From contig CALCCX010000126.1 in the NCBI GenBank assembly GCA_937900165.1, forward strand, positions 1 through 28,457: a stretch of DNA of 28,457 nt, read 5' to 3'. The notes under the pieces are model-generated. The model searched no databases, was not told the origin of the DNA, and worked only from the letters and a program-made list of their open reading frames with translations. Source of the stretch: an uncultured Acidimicrobiia bacterium (GTDB taxonomy: Bacteria > Actinomycetota > Acidimicrobiia > Spongiisociales > Spongiisociaceae). This document shows, piece by piece, positions 15,676 through 25,661 of the stretch (position 1 is the first letter of the stretch; each line of letters starts with the position of its first letter). The translations under genes and the position numbers were made by a program.

Positions 15676-18600
15676 TCACGCGATCGCGCCTGGGCCAAGC
15701 AGTTCCTTCAATTCTGCGTAAAGGGCAGAACGTAGCTCTACCCGATGCTCATCCCCCAATCGCAGAACCTTCGAAGATCCGTTGGAGACCATATTTAGAT
15801 AGACGGCGCAGCTCCCCGGATGATTTACGAGGATCCGCTTGAGTCTGGCAACGGTTTCTGGAGAGAGTGCGGTCGCAGGTACCTCGATGCGTAGCGTGGT
15901 GTCCTCGCTCAGATCCGGTTCGACGATCAGGTGAGACCGCATCTTTACGTCATCGCCACGGTGGTCGAGCCGCCCGGTCACCAGCAGGATGGCGTCCTCC
16001 TGGATGAGTGGGCCGTAGGCGGAAACCGTTTTGGGAAACGCCACCACTTCGACTGCGCCTTCGAGATCTTCGAGATCGAAGAAGATCATCGGGTCGCCCT
16101 TGCGGGTGAACTTGCGGTTTATGTTGGTCACCAGGCCTCCGATCGTCACCTGGGCGCCATCCTTTTCGTTCCAGAGTCCCGGAATGGAGGTAGTGGCGGC
16201 CTTGCGGAGCATTCGGGTGACCCCGAGCAGCGGATGGTCGGACACATAGAGTCCCAGCATCTCCTTTTCGAAGGCGAGCAGGGTCTTCTTTTTCCATTCC
16301 TCGCGGGGAATTGTGAGCTTTTCCACCTCGAGAGCCGACTCCGTACCCCCGAACAGGCTGTACTGACCCATGTCTTCGTTGCGCCTCCGGGAAATCGTCG
16401 CGTCAAGACTCTGTTCGAATACCAACATCAGGCCTCGCCTGGAATGACCTAGCTCATCGAATGCACCTGCCTTGATCAAGGATTCGATCGTTCGTTTGTT
16501 GAGCGCGGAGACGTCGACCCGGTCGAGGTAGTCGTCGAAATCCTCGAACGGGCCCTTCGCCCTGGCCTCGACGATCTTGTCGACGACCCCCTCACCCACA
16601 TTGCGGACCGCCGATAGTCCGAACACGATCTTGCCGCCATCCACCGAAAAATCGGATTCCGATCGGTTGACACACGGGTTCAGAACCTCGATGCCCATGG
16701 TCCGGCATTCGCTCAGGTAGACGGCCGTCTTGTCCTTGTCCCGCTTGACAGAGGTGAGCAGCGCCGCCATGTACTCGGCCGGATGATGAGCCTTGAGATA
16801 GGCCGTCTGGTAGGCCACCAGGCCGTACGCCGCGGAGTGCGACTTGTTGAACCCGTAGCCGGCGAAGCCTTCGATCGTGTCGAACAGGGCCCCTCCGAAA
16901 TCGGCAGGGTGGCCGGCCGCAACAGCCCCGCTGATGAATTTCTCCCGCTCCTGGCGCATGATCGCCGGGATCTTCTTGCCCATGGCCTTGCGCAAAGTGT
17001 CGGCGTCACCCATCGAGTAGCCGGCCATCTCCCTGGCAATCTCCATGACCTGGTCCTGGTAGATCATCAGACCGTACGTATCGGAGAGCACGGCCTTGGT
17101 CCCCGGATGGGGATAATCCACCTCCTCACGACCGTTCTTGCGATTGGCATATGCGTTGTGCCAGTTGTTTGACATGGGGCCAGGCCGATAGAGCGCGACC
17201 AGAGCGATCACATGTTTGAACGAATCGGGGCGAAGGCTGCGAATCAGCGTGCGCATGGCGGTGCCTTCGAGCTGGAAAACTCCGATGGTGTCGCCTTTGC
17301 ACATCAGCTCGAACGTCTTGTCGTCATCGAGTGGAACCGAATCGATGTCGACCTGTTCTCCAGAAGTCTTTCTGATCAGCTCCAGGCAACGTTCGATCGT
17401 CGACAGGTTGCGCAAACCTAGGAAATCCATCTTGAGCAGTCCAAGATCCTCGATGCCGTGCATCTCGAACTGGGTGACGATCTCGGCACCCTCACCCTTC
17501 TGCTGGATCGGCACGAGCTCAGTGAGTGGTTGGGGTGAAATAACCACCGCGGCTGCGTGAATCGAATCTTGACGACGTAGACCCTCCAGGCCCTTCGCCG
17601 TATCGACGACCTTGGTGACATCTGGTTCCGAGCGGTAGGCGTCGCGTAGCTCCGTCGCGTTTGCGTACCAATCCTTGACGAAGGTCTCTGCGTCGGCGGG
17701 TGGCTCGATGAGGCATTGGTCGAGAGTTGCGTCTCTGCCAAGGATGGCGGGCGGCATCATCTTGGCCAGTCGGTCACCGAGCCCATAGGGGAAACCGAGC
17801 ACCCTCGACGCGTCCCGAATGGCCTGCTTGCCCTTGATGGTCGAAAACGTGATGATCTGCGCGACGTGATCGGATCCGTACTTCTCGGTCGCATAACGGA
17901 TGACATCTGCGCGGTATCGCTCGTCGAAATCCATATCGATATCAGGCATCTCGCGCCGCCCTGGATTCAGAAACCGCTCGAATATCAGCCCATACTCGAT
18001 CGGATCGAGAGCGGTAATGCCGAGGCAATACGAAACAATCGAGCCCGCCGCGCTACCGCGCCCTGGACCGGTCCTTATCCCTTGTTCTTTCGCATACCGG
18101 ATGAGGTCCCAGACGATCAGGAAATACGCTGGGAAACCCATGTCTCCGATGATCCCCAACTCATGACGCACCCGGTCCTGTACCTCGGAGGACGGTTCGG
18201 CCCCATATCGAGCCTTGACCCCTTCCCAAACCAGTTCCTCCAGATAGCTGGCGGCAGAATGGCCGGCTGGAACCGGAAAAGCAGGGAGCAGAATCTTGCC
18301 AAACTCCATGCTGACGTCGACCCGCTCCGCGATCATCAGTGTCGAATCGCACGCTCCTGGGAACTCGTCTTCGGGGAAGAGAGCGTGCATTTCCGCAGCT
18401 GACTTGAGGTAGAAGTCGGTGCCCTCGAACTTGAAGCGATTCGGCTCATCGACTGTGGCACCTGTCTGGATACACAGCAGGGCGTCGTGGGCGACCGCCT
18501 CTTCGCGTCGAGTGTAGTGGGCGTCGTTGGCTGCCAGCAGCGGAGCGCCGATCCGCCGAGAGATCTCCACAAGGTCAGGCATGATCCGACGTTGAGCCTC

Positions 18601-19182
18601 GATCCCATGGTCCTGGAGTTCTATGAAGAAGTTCCCCTGACCGAAGATGTCCTGATACATCGAAGCCGTCTTCATTGCTGCTTCGAAGTCACGAACTTGG
18701 TGGGAGTTCGCCTCTTCCCTGGAGGCATCCGGGGCCAGGGCCTGGGCAACCGGGCCACCGAGACACCCGGAGGTCGCGATGATGCCATCGGCGTGTTCGG
18801 CCAACAGCTCGGCGTCCATACGAGGCTTGTAGTAGTAGCCCTCGAGGTAGGCACGGCTGACCAGCTGCATCAGGTTGTTGAGTCCGGTTTGGGTGGCCGC
18901 CAGCAGGGTCATGTGATGCCGGACGTTTTCGGAGCGATTCGGCCGATCGAAACGTGAGCCGGGCGTCACATAGGCCTCGACACCGAGGATCGGCTTCACA
19001 CCCCTGGCCGTTGCAGCCTTGTAAAAGTCGACCAACCCGTAGAGCACCCCGTGATCGGTGATGGCTATGGCCGGCTGGCCGTCATCGGCGGCCGCCCCGA
19101 CAACATCTTTGACCCGAGCCGCACCGTCGAGCATCGAGAACTCGGTGTGCACATGCAGATGAGCGAAACTATCCCGAGCCAT
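15676..19182 (-). CDS. dnaE: DNA polymerase III alpha subunit
   Basis: PHP HLHVHTEFSMLDGA, GPGRGSAAGS, catalytic PDIDMDF, LLKMDFLGL, GYGFNKSHS, C-terminal OB fold. 1168 aa, no intein. Start placed at the ATG at 19182. Confidence 0.98.
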   Translation of the reverse strand: MARDSFAHLHVHTEFSMLDGAARVKDVVGAAADDGQPAIAITDHGVLYGLVDFYKAATARGVKPILGVEAYVTPGSRFDRPNRSENVRHHMTLLAATQTGLNNLMQLVSRAYLEGYYYKPRMDAELLAEHADGIIATSGCLGGPVAQALAPDASREEANSHQVRDFEAAMKTASMYQDIFGQGNFFIELQDHGIEAQRRIMPDLVEISRRIGAPLLAANDAHYTRREEAVAHDALLCIQTGATVDEPNRFKFEGTDFYLKSAAEMHALFPEDEFPGACDSTLMIAERVDVSMEFGKILLPAFPVPAGHSAASYLEELVWEGVKARYGAEPSSEVQDRVRHELGIIGDMGFPAYFLIVWDLIRYAKEQGIRTGPGRGSAAGSIVSYCLGITALDPIEYGLIFERFLNPGRREMPDIDMDFDERYRADVIRYATEKYGSDHVAQIITFSTIKGKQAIRDASRVLGFPYGLGDRLAKMMPPAILGRDATLDQCLIEPPADAETFVKDWYANATELRDAYRSEPDVTKVVDTAKGLEGLRRQDSIHAAAVVISPQPLTELVPIQQKGEGAEIVTQFEMHGIEDLGLLKMDFLGLRNLSTIERCLELIRKTSGEQVDIDSVPLDDDKTFELMCKGDTIGVFQLEGTAMRTLIRSLRPDSFKHVIALVALYRPGPMSNNWHNAYANRKNGREEVDYPHPGTKAVLSDTYGLMIYQDQVMEIAREMAGYSMGDADTLRKAMGKKIPAIMRQEREKFISGAVAAGHPADFGGALFDTIEGFAGYGFNKSHSAAYGLVAYQTAYLKAHHPAEYMAALLTSVKRDKDKTAVYLSECRTMGIEVLNPCVNRSESDFSVDGGKIVFGLSAVRNVGEGVVDKIVEARAKGPFEDFDDYLDRVDVSALNKRTIESLIKAGAFDELGHSRRGLMLVFEQSLDATISRRRNEDMGQYSLFGGTESALEVEKLTIPREEWKKKTLLAFEKEMLGLYVSDHPLLGVTRMLRKAATTSIPGLWNEKDGAQVTIGGLVTNINRKFTRKGDPMIFFDLEDLEGAVEVVAFPKTVSAYGPLIQEDAILLVTGRLDHRGDDVKMRSHLIVEPDLSEDTTLRIEVPATALSPETVARLKRILVNHPGSCAVYLNMVSNGSSKVLRLGDEHRVELRSALYAELKELLGPGAIA

Positions 19183-19335
19183 TCCCACGTATTCCACTAG
19201 ATCCCGCGCCTGGCGTTTGCCGATCGGCACCGGCAGGGGAAGAATTACGCCGGTGTCGTTCCGACGTGACGTTAGCGGTTTCGGCTTGAACGCGAGTTGA
19301 TCGCAGCTCGGCCGGCTATACCCGGCCCGCCTTGG

Positions 19336-20271
19336 TCAAATAGCCCCGCTCGATGGGGCCCCGAGGCCCTCCAACGAAGCCGACAGCTCTGGGGCGAGAG
19401 GTACGTCCGCCTCGATCCGGACCTCGGTCAGCGGGTGAGAGAACTCGAGGCGAGTCGCGTGCAGCCACACCCGGCCGGGGTCGACACCTGTTGGTCCTGG
19501 CCTGCCGTAGACAGGATCACCGACGACGAGGCGACCAATCGAATTCAGGTGGACTCGGATTTGATGGGTCCTCCCAGTTTCCAGCTCGACGTCCAATAGA
19601 GTCATCGTGGGCTCCTCCCATGCCGCCCTGAGCGAATAGTGTGTGGTGGCTGGGCGTCCGGAGGCAGCAACCCTTTGACGAGTCGGCTGAGTAGGGTCCC
19701 GCTCGACAGGCGCCTCGATGGTGCCGGTCGGAGCTGGAAAGAGGCCATGGACCAGCGCCAGATATTTCCTGGACACTTCGTGGGCCCCAATGGCTGCTTG
19801 TAGCGCAGAATGTGCGTCGGCGGTCTTGGCTATCAACAGAGCGCCAGAAGTCTCACGATCGAGGCGGTGAACGATCCCCCAACGTGGGTACTCGCCTACG
19901 CCTTCGATTTCGGGCCAGCGATGCAGTAGGCCTCCCACCAGGGTGCCGGCCGCATTGCCCGCTCCCGGGTGGACGACCAGTCCGGTGGGTTTGTCGATGA
20001 CCGCGAGGTCCTCGTCTTCAAAGACCACACCGAATTCGATCGGTTCTGGCACCAACCGATGGCCCCTCTGCGGGACATCCAGGGCAAGGACGTCGCCGTT
20101 GGCGACCCGATCGGACGGGCGAAGAGCATGTCCCCCTCTGGATACCGTGCCCTCATCGAAACATCGTCTGGCTTCGGCTCGACTCACTTGGAGAAGCGTT
20201 GCTACCGCCTTGTCGGCTCGCTGCCCTTCCAGGCTGTCGCCGACATTCAGTTCTTGCGATACGCGGACCAT
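19336..20271 (-). CDS. RluA/RluD-family pseudouridine synthase
   Basis: S4-like N-terminus, VIDKPTGLVVHPG, HRLDRETSG (catalytic Asp), TGRTHQIRVH. Confidence 0.95.
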   Translation of the reverse strand: MVRVSQELNVGDSLEGQRADKAVATLLQVSRAEARRCFDEGTVSRGGHALRPSDRVANGDVLALDVPQRGHRLVPEPIEFGVVFEDEDLAVIDKPTGLVVHPGAGNAAGTLVGGLLHRWPEIEGVGEYPRWGIVHRLDRETSGALLIAKTADAHSALQAAIGAHEVSRKYLALVHGLFPAPTGTIEAPVERDPTQPTRQRVAASGRPATTHYSLRAAWEEPTMTLLDVELETGRTHQIRVHLNSIGRLVVGDPVYGRPGPTGVDPGRVWLHATRLEFSHPLTEVRIEADVPLAPELSASLEGLGAPSSGAI

Positions 20272-20726
20272 AGGAGGATCACTGCCCCGATAAAGACAGA
20301 CGAATCTGCCAGATTGAAGGTTGGAAAGTTCCGAAAGTTGATCCAGTCGACGACGGCTCCATCCAAGACGCCGTAGCCTCTGGCGAAGCGGTCGATCAGA
20401 TTGCCGGTTGCTCCCCCGAGAATGATTCCGAGCGCAGCCCGTTCAAGGCCCGATTCCGCCTGAACCATCATTCTCAGGATCACGAAGGCGACCCCAATAA
20501 CCGCGAAGCCGATCAGAGTGCCGAACTCTGTGAAGCTGGAAAACGAAGCGCCGGTGTTCTCCGTAAAACGGAAGTCCAGCCACCCCGGAATTACCACCAG
20601 GGGCGGGGTGAACCAGCGCACCGCCATGGCCTTGGTGACCTGATCGGCTGCGATCGCCAGGACTGCGAGTCCAAAGGCCAGGCGGTAGTCGGGCTTCAGC
20701 GTCTGTCCGAGGAGCATGTCACGCAC
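20247..20726 (-). CDS. lspA: Lipoprotein signal peptidase II
   Basis: DQVTK, NTGASF, GNLIDR, VVDWI, FNLAD motifs; exact start uncertain. Confidence 0.94.
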   Translation of the reverse strand: MRDMLLGQTLKPDYRLAFGLAVLAIAADQVTKAMAVRWFTPPLVVIPGWLDFRFTENTGASFSSFTEFGTLIGFAVIGVAFVILRMMVQAESGLERAALGIILGGATGNLIDRFARGYGVLDGAVVDWINFRNFPTFNLADSSVFIGAVILLWSAYRKN

Positions 20727-21073
20727 AGGATGGTGTATGGGATGGCTTCGAGGCGAGCCACCGGAATCGACTCACCACATGAAGAGCACGTCCCAAACGT
20801 CTTGTCCCTGATCGCGTCGAGGGCGCCTTCGATCTGTTTGAGCAGATTGCGGGTGTTGCGATCAACCGATAGCTCCTTTTCGAACTCGAACGCCATCGAA
20901 CCGCCCTCAGCGCTTGTCGGATCCGGAGTCCGTTCTGCCGCACTCTCGGTCAGCCTGACCTCTTCACGCTCTGCCGAGTGGACTTCGACAACCGCCAGCA
21001 GGCGCTCCTGCTCATTCTCCAGACGTTTCTTGAAGCGTTTTACAGTGTTGGCCGCGAGTTTGCGATCCGCCAC
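20696..21073 (-). CDS. TraR/DksA-family C4 zinc-finger protein
   Basis: Coiled-coil N-terminus, then FGTCSSCGESIPVARLEAIPYTILCVTC; GGAGGAGG ribosome-binding site before the GTG. Confidence 0.92.
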   Translation of the reverse strand: MADRKLAANTVKRFKKRLENEQERLLAVVEVHSAEREEVRLTESAAERTPDPTSAEGGSMAFEFEKELSVDRNTRNLLKQIEGALDAIRDKTFGTCSSCGESIPVARLEAIPYTILCVTCSSDRR

Positions 21074-21249
21074 TTTGCCCCTCCTCCGGGCTCCCTAGGC
21101 CCGGGAACGTAGCAGGCTCAGCGACAAATGCGGTTGATCGTCTGGATAGCCGTCCGAACATCGAGGGCCTCACAATTAGGACCTCCTCTGTCTGGAGGCA
21201 CGCTGATCGCCACCAGCTACGATTCCCCCGCTCCACCAGAGGCTACATC

Positions 21250-24200
21250 GTGCATGACTCAGGATTCACCAGGATCCCGGCAACCGTCGACTTTCCCTCC
21301 GCTGAACTCGAGATCCTCGATCTCTGGGATACGATCGACGCGTTCGCCCGCCAGGTCAGCCTCCGACCGGCGGAGCGCGAATACGTTTTCTACGACGGAC
21401 CCCCGTTCGCCAACGGGAAGCCCCACTATGGCCACATGCTGGCTGGCGTGATCAAAGATGTGGTACCGAGGTACTGGTCGATGCGAGGCTACCGGGTCGA
21501 AAGACGATTCGGCTGGGACACCCACGGACTGCCGATCGAGATGGAAGTCGAAAAGCTGCTCCAGATCTCCGGGCCGCGGCAGATACACGAATACGGAATC
21601 GGCAGATTCAACGAAGCCTGTCGCGCCTTGGCCGAGGACTCAGCCGAGGAATGGGCCCATCTGGTCAGGCGGGTTGGCCGCTGGGTCGACATGGAAGACG
21701 ACTACAAGACCATGGACCCCGACTACATGGAGTCGGTGTGGTGGGTCTTCGGCCAACTATGGAAGCGCGACCTCATCTATCGAGACTTCAAAGTACTCCC
21801 GTATTCGGTCGGTGCCACCACCCCGCTTTCAAACTTCGAAGCGAACATGGACTATCGAGACGTAGACGACCCTTCGATCACGGTGTCGCTGGAAGTGATC
21901 GAAGGTCGGGGGCCGGTGGAGACCGGCGATAATCTGCTGATCTGGACTACGACTCCCTGGACGCTGCCAGGTCATTTGGCGGTGGCCGTCGGAGAAGGCA
22001 TCACCTATGCCGCGGTGAGAGTCGACCAGAAACAGTATTGGCTGGCGGAGGCCAGGGTCGGCGCCTACTGGCCAGACGCCGTGGTCGAACAGACCGTCAA
22101 GGGTGAAGAGCTGGTCGGAATCACATACCACCCGCCATTCGATTATTTTGGCGAGGAGCGGGATCGGGGCGCTTTTCGGGTGATTGGCGCCGACCATGTG
22201 ACCGTCGAAGACGGAACAGGGCTGGTCCACGAGGCCCCCGCCTACGGTGAGGCAGACTTTTTCGCGCTCCAGGCCGCCGGTCTTGACGTATTGGTGGATC
22301 CTGTCGACGCAGAGGGTCGGTTCACAGACGCAGTGCCAGAGGTAGCCGGCCTCAACATCAAAGATGCTGACAAGGTCCTCATCAAGATGCTCAAAGAACG
22401 CGATATCCTGGTCCGCTCGGAACGGATCAACCACTCCTACCCCTTCTGTTATCGCACCGGCACTCCGCTCATCTACAAAGCCATCCCAACCTGGTTCGTC
22501 AAAGTGGAACAGCAACAGGCTCGGATGGTCGAACACAACTCCAAGATCCACTGGGTGCCCAAGAACATCGGAGAACGCCGATTCGGCAACTGGCTGGCAG
22601 GTGCAAGAGATTGGGCGATCAGCCGCAATCGTTATTGGGGGTCGTGCATCCCGGTGTGGGAGTGCAGCACTTGTCGTACGTTCGAGGCGATCGGCTCCCT
22701 GGACGATCTCGAAGCCAGGTCTGGGCAGCGGCCGAGCGATCTGCACAAACATGTGATCGATCCGATCACCTGGCCTTGTGACCAGGAGGGTTGTTCCGGG
22801 ATCATGACCCGCGTTCCAGAAGTCCTGGATTGCTGGTTCGAGTCCGGCTCGATGCCATACGCCCAACTCCACTATCCGTTCGAGAATCAAGCGCGGTTCG
22901 ACGCCACATTCCCCGCGGAATTCATCGCAGAGGGTCTCGACCAGACCAGAGGGTGGTTCTACACCCTCCATGTGTTGGCAACCGCGATCTTCGACGCCCC
23001 CGCCTTCAAGAACTGTGTCGTGAACGGCATGATCCTGGCCGACGACGGCCGCAAGATGTCCAAGAGTCTCCACAACTATCCCGATCCGAACCAGATCTTC
23101 GACGAATTCGGTGCAGATGCCCTGAGAGCGTTCCTCATCAACTCGCCGGTGCTGCGCGCCGAGCCGTTGCGATTCAGTGAGGACGGAGTGCGCGAAGTGG
23201 TCAGGACGGTGATGCTGCCTCTTTGGAACACATACAGCTTCTTCACAACATACGCAGAGGCAGACGGTCTGACCATGACCGATATCGACAGCGCCCCTCC
23301 ACCCGACGAACGTCCGGAAACCGACCGTTGGATCCTGTCGGTACTGCAGAGTCTGGTCGCCGAGGTCAATACCAAGATGGAGGGCTACTACCTGTATGAC
23401 GTCGTGCCTCCGACCATCGGGTTCATCGACGACCTCACCAATTGGTATGTCCGTCGATCGCGCCGTCGGTTTTGGCGCACCAAAACCGCAGACGACGCCG
23501 ACAAGTTGGCTGCATTCGCAACCCTGTACGAGGTGTTGGTGACATTCAGCAAAGTGTTGGCCCCTGTGCTTCCGTTCATCACAGAAAAGCTCTATCAGGG
23601 ACTCGTCGTTGATCGTGGTATCGAGGCGCCAGACAGCGTTCATCATTGCGATTTTCCCCAAGCCGTCAGCGAGCTGATCGACGCCGACCTCGAAGATGCC
23701 ATGCAGGTGGTCAGGAGAGTCGTCACCGCCGGCCGAGCGTTGAGATCGCGCCAGGCCATCGGTATCCGTCAACCACTTTCGAAACTCACGGTTCTGACCC
23801 GATCATCAATTGCCACCAGAGCGGTTGAAACCCACATCACCCTCATTTCGGATGAACTCAACGTCAAGGAGGTGGTGACGAGCAGTGATGAAGGGGCCCT
23901 CGTGGTTCTCAGCGCCAAGGCGAACTTCAAAACCCTTGGGCCGAGATTTGGGGCAGAGGTCAGGGCCATGGACGCCGCCATCTCGACCTTGGACTCCTCA
24001 ACCCTCGAAGCCTTGGTCGAAGGGGGAACGATCCAGGTTGCGGGCCATGTCCTCGAAGCCGCCGACGTTGTAATTTCGCGAGTTCCCCGCGAGGGGGTCA
24101 TCGTCGGGACCGATGGCGAATTGTCGGTCGCCCTCGATGTGATCCTCAACGATCGGCTTGTATCAGAGGGTCTTGCCAGAGATGTGGTCAGCAAGGTTCA

Positions 24201-24414
24201 GGCGCTGCGTAGAGATGCAGGTCTCGACGTGAGTGATCGGATCTCGCTCGTCTGGTGGACCGATGATTCTGACCTGGCGGGAGCCATCGCCGATTTCGGT
24301 GCGGTGATTGCTGCAGAGACCTTGTCCCTGTCCATCCAACAAAACCCGGACGCCCCGACCGACGAGCGGATAGGTGATCGCCGGATCAAATTGGGTGTTG
24401 AAAGAGTCACCTGA
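21250..24414 (+). CDS. ileS: Isoleucine--tRNA ligase, type 2 (IleRS2)
   Basis: DGPPFANGKPHYGH, GWDTHGLP, DWAISRNRYWG, EGLDQTRGWFY, KMSKS. The long C-terminus lacks the type-1 zinc finger. Confidence 0.97.
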   Translation: MHDSGFTRIPATVDFPSAELEILDLWDTIDAFARQVSLRPAEREYVFYDGPPFANGKPHYGHMLAGVIKDVVPRYWSMRGYRVERRFGWDTHGLPIEMEVEKLLQISGPRQIHEYGIGRFNEACRALAEDSAEEWAHLVRRVGRWVDMEDDYKTMDPDYMESVWWVFGQLWKRDLIYRDFKVLPYSVGATTPLSNFEANMDYRDVDDPSITVSLEVIEGRGPVETGDNLLIWTTTPWTLPGHLAVAVGEGITYAAVRVDQKQYWLAEARVGAYWPDAVVEQTVKGEELVGITYHPPFDYFGEERDRGAFRVIGADHVTVEDGTGLVHEAPAYGEADFFALQAAGLDVLVDPVDAEGRFTDAVPEVAGLNIKDADKVLIKMLKERDILVRSERINHSYPFCYRTGTPLIYKAIPTWFVKVEQQQARMVEHNSKIHWVPKNIGERRFGNWLAGARDWAISRNRYWGSCIPVWECSTCRTFEAIGSLDDLEARSGQRPSDLHKHVIDPITWPCDQEGCSGIMTRVPEVLDCWFESGSMPYAQLHYPFENQARFDATFPAEFIAEGLDQTRGWFYTLHVLATAIFDAPAFKNCVVNGMILADDGRKMSKSLHNYPDPNQIFDEFGADALRAFLINSPVLRAEPLRFSEDGVREVVRTVMLPLWNTYSFFTTYAEADGLTMTDIDSAPPPDERPETDRWILSVLQSLVAEVNTKMEGYYLYDVVPPTIGFIDDLTNWYVRRSRRRFWRTKTADDADKLAAFATLYEVLVTFSKVLAPVLPFITEKLYQGLVVDRGIEAPDSVHHCDFPQAVSELIDADLEDAMQVVRRVVTAGRALRSRQAIGIRQPLSKLTVLTRSSIATRAVETHITLISDELNVKEVVTSSDEGALVVLSAKANFKTLGPRFGAEVRAMDAAISTLDSSTLEALVEGGTIQVAGHVLEAADVVISRVPREGVIVGTDGELSVALDVILNDRLVSEGLARDVVSKVQALRRDAGLDVSDRISLVWWTDDSDLAGAIADFGAVIAAETLSLSIQQNPDAPTDERIGDRRIKLGVERVT

Positions 24415-24457
24415 CGAGCCGAGAACGCGGCGGGATGGTCGCGCTAGTTCAGGAGCC

Positions 24458-25279
24458 TCAACGTTCCCATGGTTTCCTGGACGATCTGGATTCGGCCATG
24501 TCGTTCGTTTCTTCGGTCACATCCGCTGGAGTCCGTTCTGAATCCACTTGCGTCGAGTCCTCAGAGTCAACGTCGGCTTCGTTGCCGTCGTCAAGCTCGT
24601 CGGCGTACTCGTACTCACCCTCGTCATCGACGAACTTGTCGTCGTCGAACTCGTTATCGTCCTCATCTGCTTCTTGGTCAGTTTGAGCGAAGTCGTCATC
24701 TGGATCCTCTTGGTGGGGCTGACCATCTGAGGTGTCATCCGAGCCAGAGGTGGGCTGAGCGGACCCCGGCCTTGCGAAGCGCGCCTCGGCGGGATCATCC
24801 CATCGTGAGAAAGAGCTCATCGCCTCATCGATCTCGTCACCGGCATCGTTGATACGACCTGTCATGTCTCCTGCGATGCTGGCCAGGCGGTCGTGGACGT
24901 CTCGCACCACATCTCTCAACCGTTCCAACTCGTCCAACATCTGATTTTTCTCACGGCCGGATTCAACGGAAAGCCTGGAGGCATCGGCTCGCGCGTCGCT
25001 CAGGATCCGTTCGCCCTCCTGGTTGGCCTCTTCGGTGATCTGGTCTGCGGTCCGCTGGGCGGCGACCAGCGTACGGCGCAATGCGTCTTCGGCTTCCCGC
25101 CCTTCGTTGAGCTGACCGCGAAGTTCCTTGACCTCGCCTTCGGCTTCGGACACCCTCTGCTCAAACTCACGCATGGAAACGACGACTTCGTCCAGGAACT
25201 CGTCGACCTCGTCTTCCGCATAGCCGCGCAGAGCAGCCCTGAACGTCTTTTGTTGAATGTCGAGAGGCAAAAGCCCCAT
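24458..25279 (-). CDS. divIVA: DivIVA/Wag31 polar growth protein with a long acidic tail
   Basis: LLPLDIQQKTFRAALRGYAEDEVDEFLDEV N-terminal domain, coiled coils, canonical position after yggT. ATG at 25279 follows GGGAGG. Confidence 0.92.
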   Translation of the reverse strand: MGLLPLDIQQKTFRAALRGYAEDEVDEFLDEVVVSMREFEQRVSEAEGEVKELRGQLNEGREAEDALRRTLVAAQRTADQITEEANQEGERILSDARADASRLSVESGREKNQMLDELERLRDVVRDVHDRLASIAGDMTGRINDAGDEIDEAMSSFSRWDDPAEARFARPGSAQPTSGSDDTSDGQPHQEDPDDDFAQTDQEADEDDNEFDDDKFVDDEGEYEYADELDDGNEADVDSEDSTQVDSERTPADVTEETNDMAESRSSRKPWER

Positions 25280-25403
25280 TGTCAAAACCTCCCAATCGCC
25301 CAGAACCCTAGTGGAATGTAGCGGTCCGCCTACCCCATCTCAAGGATCTGAGGCGCGCTCAGCCCTCGAGTTGGCCGACCAACGATCCGTCCGAACTCCC
25401 GGA

Positions 25404-25658
25404 TCAACATCCGACCAACGATGCGACCACGCGCACTCCGAGCAGCAAGAGCAGCGGCGATAGGTCAAGGCGCATTCCGCCCATCGGCATGTCTGGCAAC
25501 ATCCGACGGATCGGGATCAGTAGCGGGTCCACTGCCAGGGCGACCAACCGTTTGATCTGAGCAACGGGGTGGTCGCTGGGAACCCTGATCCACTCGAGCA
25601 CGATCCGGGCGAGAATCAGCACAACGTAGATGCTGAGCAAAGAGCAAAGAAGGGACAT
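25404..25658 (-). CDS. yggT: YggT/YlmG-family membrane protein
   Basis: ILARIVLEWI, DPLLIPIRRMLP, LDLSPLLL; sits between sepF and divIVA. Confidence 0.9.
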   Translation of the reverse strand: MSLLCSLLSIYVVLILARIVLEWIRVPSDHPVAQIKRLVALAVDPLLIPIRRMLPDMPMGGMRLDLSPLLLLLGVRVVASLVGC

Positions 25659-25661
25659 CTG

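Noticed and set aside
15676-19182. Possible intein or mutagenic DnaE2 in dnaE
   Set aside because: The length is normal (1168 aa), the catalytic and PHP motifs are contiguous, there are no intein termini or imuA/imuB neighbours, and it sits at the core dnaE1 locus. Only short lineage-specific insertions are present.
21829-23772. 647-aa ORF antisense to ileS, and similar long shadow ORFs opposite mttB, the ATPases, dnaE and ftsZ
   Set aside because: Long antisense frames are expected in GC-rich coding DNA; none shows a recognisable motif or start signal.
25376-25422. Direct repeat CCGACCAACGAT occurring twice near the yggT end
   Set aside because: Only two 12-bp copies, one inside coding sequence; not a CRISPR array or a credible att site.
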